In this document: in pieces, positions 35,637 through 45,661 of the stretch
Numbering within the stretch: the stretch's first letter is position 1
Layout: each line of letters opens with the position of its first letter
Source of the DNA: Octopus bimaculoides
Lineage: Eukaryota
Assembly (NCBI RefSeq): GCF_001194135.2
Contig: NC_069000.1
Span: forward strand, 12,948,208 to 12,993,868
Length of the DNA stretch: 45,661 nucleotides
Direction of reading: 5' to 3'
Made by a program: the position numbers and the translations under genes
The notes under the pieces: model-generated
The model's database searches: none
Seen by the model: the letters and a program-made list of their open reading frames with translations, nothing else
What the model was told of the DNA's origin: nothing

Positions 35637-36529
35637 NNNNNNNNNNNNNNNNNNNNNNNNNNNNNNNNNNNNNNNNNNNNNNNNNNNNNNNNNNNNNNNN
35701 NNNNNNNNNNNNNNNNNNNNNNNNNNNNNNNNNNNNNNNNNNNNNNNNNNNNNNNNNNNNNNNNNNNNNNNNNNNNNNNNNNNNNNNNNNNNNNNNNNNN
35801 NNNNNNNNNNNNNNNNNNNNNNNNNNNNNNNNNNNNNNNNNNNNNNNNNNNNNNNNNNNNNNNNNNNNNNNNNNNNNNNNNNNNNNNNNNNNNNNNNNNN
35901 NNNNNNNNNNNNNNNNNNNNNNNNNNNNNNNNNNNNNNNNNNNNNNNNNNNNNNNNNNNNNNNNNNNNNNNNNNNNNNNNNNNNNNNNNNNNNNNNNNNN
36001 NNNNNNNNNNNNNNNNNNNATATATATATATATATATATATATACATGCATCGATACCTTTATGTAAGCACTCGTATATGAGAAGCACACAAGGCGTATG
36101 CGAGTATGTTTATATGTGCATGTGTGTGTATCTGTATGTGTGTGTGTGTATTCTGCATACGAGGTTGTATCAACGCATTACTACCGTTAATTTTGCTCAA
36201 GGTGGCTGACGAAGAAAGATGCATATTGGGATTGCAGGACCAGGGACTTTAAATATCCCAACTTTGTGATATTATGTCTCTGATTACATAAGTTGGAATG
36301 AGTCCCTTTCGGGAGTAAGCTCTTTATTTTGTGGGTACTGTTTTGTAAACATAAGTTAATACTAAACCTTTACTGTCTTGTTGTTATTTGTTGTAACACG
36401 AAAGTGTTGGAGTAATGAACATACTATGCTAATGTTTCGCTCCAAGGCATACGACATGTTTCTTTCAGTTTCCGTCTACCAACGAAAGAAACAAAGAGAA
36501 AAAGAGTGCAGAGTCGATAAAACAGTGGA

Positions 36530-36910
36530 CAAATGATGAAGGGATTGTTCTTTATGTTGCTTGTCTTGTTTTTTTTTATTTGTTTCTTTCGTTTTTCGCA
36601 AAAAAAAAGTTCGTTTTCCATGTTTTCGTATTTCATGTCCTCGTTTTTCATGTTGCTTACGTTTTTTGACGTCCTGTACCCCTATATGCATGTGTATATA
36701 CATATATATGTAACTATGTACATGTATGGATGTATATATGCATACATACATATATATATTTTGTTTTTATGTTTTCGTTTCTTATTGCGTTCAACGTTTT
36801 TTTTATGTCCTGTACCCATATATGCATGTATATATACATATAGATGTAGGTATGTACATATATGTAAGGATATATTCATGTATTTATATATTATTTATAT
36901 TATTATATGA
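36530..36910 (+). mobile_element. Repeat family D copy with internal duplication of about 136 bp
   Basis: AATGATGAAGGGATTGTTCTTTATGTTGC...; GTCCTGTACCC occurs at 36671 and 36807. Confidence 0.82.
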
Positions 36911-37135
36911 TCGAACGCTACGCATCCTTTTCCAAGTAAGTTTTATATATATACATATATATATACATACATACATACACGTGATGTGATGGCCGTCCAC
37001 TCGTGACCTAGGAAGACCATTACCGACCTTCAGGAACATTGTGCGCTCTAGGACTAACTTATATTTTACAATTGCGGCTCCGTTGGTGGCTAATGAGCCC
37101 TTCTCTTGACAAGCATACACAACAACATACATACA

Positions 37136-37171
<36 letters not shown>

Positions 37172-38139
37172 TANNNNNNNNNNNNNNNNNNNNNNNNNNN
37201 NNNNNNNNNNNNNNNNNNNNNNNNNNNNNNNNNNNNNNNNNNNNNNNNNNNNNNNNNNNNNNNNNNNNNNNNNNNNNNNNNNNNNNNNNNNNNNNNNNNN
37301 NNNNNNNNNNNNNNNNNNNNNNNNNNNNNNNNNNNNNNNNNNNNNNNNNNNNNNNNNNNNNNNNNNNNNNNNNNNNNNNNNNNNNNNNNNNNNNNNNNNN
37401 NNNNNNNNNNNNNNNNNNNNNNNNNNNNNNNNNNNNNNNNNNNNNNNNNNNNNNNNNNNNNNNNNNNNNNNNNNNNNNNNNNNNNNNNNNNNNNNNNNNN
37501 NNNNNNNNNNNNNNNNNNNNNNNNNNNNNNNNNNNNNNNNNNNNNNNNNNNNNNNNNNNNNNNNNNNNNNNNNNNNNNNNNNNNNNNNNNNNNNNNNNNN
37601 NNNNNNNNNNNNNNNNNNNNNNNNNNNNNNNNNNNNNNNNNNNNNNNNNNNNNNNNNNNNNNNNNNNNNNNNNNNNNNNNNNNNNNNNNNNNNNNNNNNN
37701 NNNNNNNNNNNNNNNNNNNNNNNNNNNNNNNNNNNNNNNNNNNNNNNNNNNNNNNNNNNNNNNNNNNNNNNNNNNNNNNNNNNNNNNNNNNNNNNNNNNN
37801 NNNNNNNNNNNNNNNNNNNNNNNNNNNNNNNNNNNNNNNNNNNNNNNNNNNNNNNNNNNNNNNNNNNNNNNNNNNNNNNNNNNNNNNNNNNNNNNNNNNN
37901 NNNNNNNNNNNNNNNNNNNNNNNNNNNNNNNNNNNNNNNNNNNNNNNNNNNNNNNNNNNNNNNNNNNNNNNNNNNNNNNNNNNNNNNNNNNNNNNNNNNN
38001 NNNNNNNNNNNNNNNNNNNNNNNNNNNNNNNNNNNNNNNNNNNNNNNNNNNNNNNNNNNNNNNNNNNNNNNNNNNNNNNNNNNNNNNNNNNNNNNNNNNN
38101 NNNNNNNNNNNNNNNNNNNNNNNNNNNNNNNNNNNNNNN

Positions 38140-38197
<58 letters not shown>

Positions 38198-39371
38198 CTC
38201 GAACTATTTGCCCTCAAGCTTATCAATCAGTAATAGAAAGGAGACAAAAGTGTAAACGAACGAAGGTTTTGGTATTGAAAAGTGGGGTAGAATCAGATAT
38301 TCTGAATAAGGGATATGGGGAAAAATTGGTGGTGATTATTATCCAGAATCATTACCGCTTGTTATAGTGCCACTAGAGTTGTTAGCCATGGGTCACCGTC
38401 GTAGGGAAGGTGGCACTTTACTTGATATGTTGTATGGATTGCTGATGGTAATAGTGGTTCGGTAGCTTGATTGTTAGGGCGTAGCCAGACAATGCTATTA
38501 GCAGTGCTGGTGATGGCGGTATTGTGTGAAGTTAAAGAAGGACAGAGCACGGAGATGGTGTGATTATATAGTGACACAGCTGTATCTAGTTGCTCTTAGT
38601 GTTAGTATTGTTGTAGCTCATCGATAGGAATGATGGCGGCAGTGTAATTATTAAAGGTTGGCAGCGATGGTGGTGATGTTATATGATAGACTGTGTATGT
38701 ATGGCGCAGTGTTGTTGTTAGTGGCAGGGTAAGGCTGGAGATGGAAATTTCACGATGGAGATTAAAGTGGTTAGAAGGTATGGGAAGAAGCAAAGGAAAG
38801 ATTGAAAAGAATTGTTGGAACTAATTATAAAATGGGGTTGTTTGGGAGAGAAAAAGAGATGTAGTAGTGGGTTGTGGTGACGGAAGAAGCATGGTCAAAT
38901 GTGTGTGATTGAGAAAGAGGTTTTTATATAGCGAGGGGAAGCTGGAGAACTGGCAATATGAATTGAAGGAGAGATATGTGAAACGTAAGCAAGGAGAGAA
39001 ATTGGATAGAAAAAGAGGCTGTGTGAGAGAGAGAGAGAGAGAGAGACTGAGAGAGATAGATTGAGAGAGACAGACAAACAGATAATCAGACAGACAGATG
39101 CAAAGATAGATAGAGAGTATTGGTGTGAGAGGAATGGATAAGATTGGAAGAGAAGTTAAGATAAGTAGGAGCAGAGAAGGGAAAGACGAAAAGAGAACGA
39201 AAAATGTTCCTTCAATCGTATTATGATGGTAGCTAAATAGACTCATCCTGGAAAATATGTATGTAATGTGTGTATGTTTACACAAATACACACACACACA
39301 AGTATGCGTGTGTGCATGTGTGAGTGCACGTTTGTATGTCTACATGGATATTTGTAAAAATACAACCCTTT

Positions 39372-39425
39372 AACGGCGGTGCATCATGGCCGCAGCTCTG
39401 AACTGATACTACAGATAGAAAGAAT
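39372..39425 (+). mobile_element. Isolated SINE-B/CR1-type tail fragment
   Basis: AACGGCGGTGCATCATGGCCGCAGCTCTGAACTGATAC. Confidence 0.55.
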
Positions 39426-39474
39426 ATATATATATATATATATATATAAGTAAATATGCATACACATATTTTTA

Positions 39475-39536
<62 letters not shown>

Positions 39537-40699
39537 TGTGTGTTTGGCCTGCTGTGTATACCTGTGTGTGTCTACGTGTGTTATTATATAAGTAGTTTTA
39601 AATATATTGTATAGTCATACAGCCTTTTAGCAATCACTGATTAAGTATCCGTCATCCCCACGCACACGCACACGCACACACACAAACACACACACGACGC
39701 ACGCACACGCATATATACACATACACAGAAACATACACACATGCACGCATATTCACATATGACATCGTCTATAATATACATTTACACATTCTTGTTAACA
39801 TAATGATTATTTCTTGTTACACATATATACAAACACACACACACACAAACATACACGCAGACACAACGACGAAAAGCACACACACACACACATACACACA
39901 CTAAATTACATAGACACGCGCGCCACAACTAATGAAATCTTTTCAAGACAACCGTACCTTCCTCGCCACCGCAACAATGGTTTCTCTCTAAGTGGACGTC
40001 AATGAACAGTTGAGACATCGGGTGGTCTCAATCTACACCCGACTCATTACATTTGCTGTTAAGGTGGACTTCCATTTCGTTTTCCATTTTTTTTTTCTTT
40101 TATGCTATCATCTGCGGCCATGTTGTCCATTATTTGTTTTCCTCCTACCACCCCACATATTTTTTTTTCAAACATTATTTACACATTCTCTTCGTGCCAG
40201 CCGCCATCTTTCCCCCTCTACTTATGGAGAATAATCTCTCTTTCTTTTAGTACATAGTATTTCTCTCTCTGTCTCCCTGTCTGCCACTCTCTCTCTATTA
40301 TTATATATATTGAATTATGCATCCAAAACATACGTACGGGTGTATATAAGTGACTGTTTGCCTGTATATGAACGAAAGAATGTAAAATGTGTGAATGTAT
40401 TATTTTTACTTCTATATAATTCACTTTGCTCCTTATCTCTGCTCTTATATAGTCTTCGTCCTTTCTATCATATCTTCTTTCTATCTCTCCTTTCTCTGTA
40501 TATCTCCCCAATCTTTATCCCATCTCATTATTTGTTTTTCTCTTCAGCCGAATTATTATTCTATATCTAATTCTCTCTTTTTGTTTCTCTCTATCTCTCT
40601 CTTTCTGTCTGTCTATCTGTCTATCTGTCTGTCTGTGTCTCTCTTCTCTCTCCCATCTCTCTCACTCACCGTCTCCCTCTCTCTCTCTCTCTCACCAAA

Positions 40700-40753
<54 letters not shown>

Positions 40754-40984
40754 TCTCTCTGTTTGTTTGAATAGTTTTGTGAGTGATTGAGTTCATGAGT
40801 GAACGTTTGTGAGCGAATGCGCCTATATGTATATGTGATTGTGAATGCTAGTGAATGTGTGTGCGTGTGTGTGTGTGTGAGAGAGAGGGAGAGAGAGTGA
40901 GAGAGAGAAAGAGAGAGAGAGAAAGAGCGAGTGTGTGTATGTATGTGCGTGTATGTGTACGTGTGTTTGTATGTGAGTGTATGA

Positions 40985-41098
40985 CCAAATGATGAAAAGT
41001 TTCACTTCGCAATGACGTGCTCTCTGGTTCGATCCCAAGTGGGTTTCATTTTAGCCAACGGTCGACTCATGCTCAGTGAGTGAAACTGGACCAACGAT
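40985..41098 (+). mobile_element. Decayed tRNA-derived SINE fragment
   Basis: Head ...TTCACTTCGCAATGACGTG...GGTTCGATCCC (B box); the downstream part is rearranged. Confidence 0.45.
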
Positions 41099-41625
41099 GT
41101 ATGTATGTATGTATGTATGTATGTATGTATGTATGTACGTGTTTGTATGCGCGCGCGAATGATAAATGCTTTGATGCTGTTAAAAACCGCCTGTCCATTT
41201 TTTTTATGTTATACTTTCATTGCCATATATTTTATATGGCCAACTCACGTTTGCCTCAACTGCATTGTTTGGCGTTGGATTTTAAGTTCTTTGATCTGTT
41301 ATGGTTTGAACACTAATCTCCCTGTATCGGTCGTGTACCTTTTGACATATTCTTCCCCATAAAATATACATAGACACATAATTCATGTGTGTGCTTATAC
41401 ACCAATATATACATACATGCACACAAACACGCACACACACAGATATAGATATATATATATAGTAAGAAAAAAGCGGGTAGGAGAATTTCGATTATTCCCA
41501 CGTGGTGCGTTGTAATACAAAAAAAATATATATGTATATATAAAATAAAAAAAGGAAAATGCACACAGTTTACATAGTTTTAATATATTTCTTAATATAT
41601 TTTAAAAGTGAAAGAATATTGTGTT

Positions 41626-41658
41626 TGTCGACCGGTTTCGCTTTCGCTAATCATGACA
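41626..41658 (-). ncRNA. Degenerate minimal type I hammerhead ribozyme (Penelope-like-element type)
   Basis: Minus strand reads UGUC-AUGAUUA-GC-GAAA-GC-GAAA-CCGG-UC-GACA. Stem I UGUC/GACA, 2-bp stem II with GAAA loop, GAAA core, palindromic CCGG helix III, UC cleavage site. The core has 2 mismatches to CUGAUGA. Confidence 0.65.
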
Positions 41659-41936
41659 TTGCAATTGTTGTAATTTCGTATTTTCTTAAGAAGATTTTAG
41701 TGCATGTGTGTGTGTGGGTGGGGGGTGGGGGTGAATGAAAACCATCAATAGGTAGAAAAATCTAAGGGGAAGTAATTGGTGATAGTTATTATTCGGAACA
41801 GGGGAGGTAATTGCTCATTTTGTGGAGGAGGTATAAATAAATATACAAAAATTAAAAAGCTAAAGTAGTGTGATGAAATCTATTCTATATCATATATGAA
41901 ATATATTATATATCTATATATGTGTGTGTGTGTATC

Positions 41937-41981
<45 letters not shown>

Positions 41982-44511
41982 GGGTATGTGCATCCATTCT
42001 CTGAGCTACATAGATGGTCAGCTAGTCTGACAGACTGACAGACAGTAAGGATAGACAGACAGGCATTAATCTAAACATTGTCAATATTTAAACTGATACA
42101 TTCTCCCAATTAACCAGATTACAAAGCATGCGATATCAGTATTTCTAATTCGACAATAATGTGTTTATGAGAGCAATATTGGTGATTGTGACATTAACGA
42201 TGGGAGTTATTGCAATCTGCACTCAGTATGTATCTTCTGAAGACTATTTACGGCTCTTAATTAGTACACTGTGCTAATTAGTGGCTCATCAATTTAATAA
42301 TAATCGTAGCTGTATTAATTATTCTTAGGATAAAATGTGACAGTTCCCATAATTATGAAGGAATCGTTATAGTGCCGTTTTTGTTGTGTTTTAACAATAA
42401 TAATAATTAGATATTACTATTTACCCCATGGGAGAATCTTCATACTGTATTGCAGGCAATGGAAACACTAAACAGTTATAATGAATTTACATTAACCATT
42501 AATACACCGTTTGAAGTTTTATACTAGTTGATTACACAGGCCATTGACGAGAGCCTCTGTATATGGTTTCTAGGTCTGCTAGATATATCAACCAAATCTT
42601 ATTCAAATGCAACTTCGATTTAACTATTCATAAACACGTGATGCTCTGGAAGCAGCGGCACTTGCGACAGCAACTCTCACCAATAATATTCTTCCTACAT
42701 ATTTGTCTATCAGAGTCTTGCTGTTGTTTCTATCTCTATAGCTGTCTCTGCTACCTTCCGGTTTTTTCACCCGTCTCTTTCTGGTTGCTTCGATTTCAGC
42801 TCGTACTTCTATGGTATGATTTTTACATGATTCTTAATTCCATTGTGTCTAGTAATTAGTTTCTTTTCCTGCACCACTAGTATAATAGATCTTTTGTCTA
42901 CGCTCCCACAAGGTAGTAAAGCTCTGGCATTTCCTTGTAGTCGTCAAGCGTCACTAGGACTCGTAAGTTCGTGTAGATTTCATTCTATCTCTACCTGACC
43001 TCATAATGTTACGATTCACCTAGCACCTACCGTTTACCAGAGATATAGCCCCAAAGAGACAATGCTCCGCTGGTCCACGTCTACACTCAGATCTCTCATC
43101 ATGAATTGTATATGTATCTTCTGCTCGGGTACTGCTTTACCATTTTGTATCAAGATTTGCAACGCATGAGTCTTGCCTTGCTTCTTGTCTTATTATCAAT
43201 GTTAAAAAATACATAGCTCGATTTGTAAAGAAAGATAAAGAATAAAGAGAAAAAGAGAGAGCGAAGCAGAGAGAGAGGTGGGAGGAGATGATAAAGAAAT
43301 GGAAGAAGATAGACACAGGAGCTTGAGGAAAATAGTAATTCTTTATCTGGCACAATTGGTGAGTTGGCTTGATTTTCGATTCAACACCAGGTGTCGCGTG
43401 TACAGAATTTTAGCGCGAAAAGGACACATTGAAGCGTTCGTCTGCAGATTAAACATTAAATGTCATCGAGATAGGAGAGAAAAACAACAGTGGATTCTCG
43501 CTCATATACACACATATACATACATACATACATATATACATATGTATATACATATATACGTGCGTATATGCATATATATATATTTGTATATATATAGCTA
43601 TATATACGTNNNNNNNNNNNNNNNNNNNNNNNNNNNNNNNNNNNNNNNNNNNNNNNNNNNNNNNNNNNNNNNNNNNNNNNNNNNNNNNNNNNNNNNNNNN
43701 NNNNNNNNNNNNNNNNNNNNNNNNNNNNNNNNNNNNNNNNNNNNNNNNNNNNNNNNNNNNNNNNNNNNNNNNNNNNNNNNNNNNNNNNNNNNNNNNNNNN
43801 NNNNNNNNNNNNNNNNNNNNNNNNNNNNNNNNNNNNNNNNNNNNNNNNNNNNNNNNNNNNNNNNNNNNNNNNNNNNNNNNNNNNNNNNNNNNNNNNNNNN
43901 NNNNNNNNNNNNNNNNNNNNNNNNNNNNNNNNNNNNNNNNNNNNNNNNNNNNNNNNNNNNNNNNNNNNNNNNNNNNNNNNNNNNNNNNNNNNNNNNNNAT
44001 ATATATATATATATAACCCAATATGTAGTGGGCTTGATGTATGCACTTTAATGTACATAATTTTCCTCGTATTCTGTTGCACATAAAACATTTTTTATCT
44101 TCTGGTTTACATACCTACAAAAACATTTTGTTGATAACACTCTTTGATAAGCGCGTTTTGTTTTTACCGCACGCCATTTTATGCATTTTTTCCGTTATAT
44201 GTCCATACATTCGTATACTCCGACTCCCGTACTGAGATACGGACGAATATATATATTTTATGGTGCATAATAATCCCATAACTATATTTCATGGTTCATA
44301 TCTATATTCTTAAACATTCTATAAATGATATTTACAGACGAACATATTCTACACACCACAAACATAAACCTACTGAAACCGATGAAATCATATTAACCCT
44401 TCTGGTATCAACTCATTGAAACTTCATCTGAGTTTACGATGCAAACTTCTTGTTTTAAAGTGAACTCCATCAACATTTCATGTCAAATTATGCTCCAAAC
44501 ACCGGTTGAAT

Positions 44512-44711
44512 AATACTTTCTAATGTAGACACAAGGCCTGAAATTTTAGTGGAGGAAGCTGGTCGATTATATTGCCTCTTTGATACATCTCGAAAGGATG
44601 AAAGGCAAAGTCAGCCTCGGCGGAATTTGAACTCAGAACGTCTTTAAGACGGACGAAATGCTGCTTATCATTTTGCCCGGCGTGCTAACGATTCTGCCAG
44701 CATGCCGCCTT
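44512..44711 (-). mobile_element. SINE-A, near full length
   Basis: CACAAGGCCTGAAATTTT...GGCAAAGTCAGCCTCGGCGGAATTTGAACTCAGAACG...GGCGTGCTAACGATTCTGCCAGCATGCCGCCTT. Confidence 0.9.
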
Positions 44712-45020
44712 ACACGAGTTTAATAACGACAAAAATTATTTTATAAAATCCTTCATTAATTTCGAAATTAATCTACACAAATATAGAGTATTTCAACAGT
44801 AACATGGTGACTAAAGCAATCTCTATGTGCTCACTAAACGTACTAAAAAATAACAGTCAAAGCTCCCTCATATCATGGTATTGTCTGTTTAAACAGGTTA
44901 TGTATGTATGTATGTATCCATAAAAAATACAAAAATGGGACAAGAACGCAAAACATCCAGAGTAAGGTGATACAAAAAAGGGGACAACAAAGCATCCGTA
45001 TGCATGTATGTATGTATGCA

Positions 45021-45215
45021 TGTATTGAATATGCATGTATGTATTGAATATGTATGTATGTATGTATTGAATACGTATGTATGTATTGAATATGTATGTA
45101 TGTATGTATTGAATGTGTATGTATGTATTGAATATGTATGTATGTATGTATTGAATACGTATGTATGTATTGAATATGTATGTATGTATATGTTGAATGT
45201 GTATGTATGTATTGA

Positions 45216-45230
<15 letters not shown>
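45021..45230. repeat. Higher-order minisatellite built on (TATG)n
   Basis: TTGAAT at 45025, 45044, 45067, 45086, 45109, 45128, 45151, 45170, 45193 and 45212, i.e. alternating 19/23-bp spacing. Confidence 0.92.
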
Positions 45231-45246
<16 letters not shown>

Positions 45247-45661
45247 TGTATGTATGTACGTATTGAATATGTATGTATGTACAGGTACGTATTGAATATG
45301 TATGTATGTGTATGTGTACATGTATGCATGTATGTATGTTTGTATGTATGTATGTATGCATGTATGTATTATGTATGTATTGAATGTGTATGTATGTATG
45401 TATGTATGTATGTATGTATGTATGTATAATTTGCTTTAAGTGATTGAAATATGGCGTACTCAGTCGTACTACACACGATGCTTTCGAAACGTTCTTTTTT
45501 TTTAGTTGGTGTGAATTGATTTATGATAAAAAGCCTTACGTATTGCCTTATCGAAATATAACAACAATACAACTAATATACGTTCAAGCATATGTAAGTA
45601 AATACAAATGTGGCGGGGGGGGGGGCGTAAAAAAAGAAGCATGACACGCAAAAATACTTGG

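Noticed and set aside
39955-40045. HDV-like ribozyme (TTCCTCGCC upstream of the pseudoknot)
   Set aside because: No P3 stem or P1-P2-P3-P1'-P4-P2' order can be built.
42560-43140. Minus-strand partly open frames (ESCKNHTIEVRAEIEATRKRR...)
   Set aside because: Multiple stops, no start and no recognisable gag/pol motif. It may be a decayed element but cannot be supported.
43320-43358. Micro-exon ELEENSNSLSGTI ending at TTG|GTGAGT (LRR-like)
   Set aside because: The sequence upstream of the acceptor is purine-rich with no pyrimidine tract, and this is a single short motif.

Overview
Eukaryotic, AT-rich, repeat-dense non-coding DNA from a gapped short-read assembly, with 17 N-runs totalling about 7.7 kb, most flanked by microsatellites. 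The tRNA-derived SINE families and the very high microsatellite density point to an octopod cephalopod genome (inference, probably Octopus). I find no convincing host protein-coding gene. Nearly all supplied ORFs are microsatellite or N-gap artefacts. The only ORF I recognise is the C-terminal end of a CR1/L2-group LINE ORF2 (33281-33472, minus strand). The window holds over 20 SINE copies or fragments (my local labels SINE-A, -B, -C) and a five-copy repeat (family D). The most interesting signals are small RNA-structure and retroelement features. (1) A mutated but otherwise canonical minimal Penelope-type hammerhead ribozyme at 41626-41658 (-). (2) A repeat family carrying both hammerhead core halves in permuted order. 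(3) A perfect 7+7 bp H-type pseudoknot at 40010-40042. (4) A 3' stem-loop shared by the LINE and SINE-B, with a compensatory base-pair change. (5) A fold-back at the LINE 5' junction. (6) SINEs with swapped 3' tails. None of these proves a new biological system; they are testable leads.
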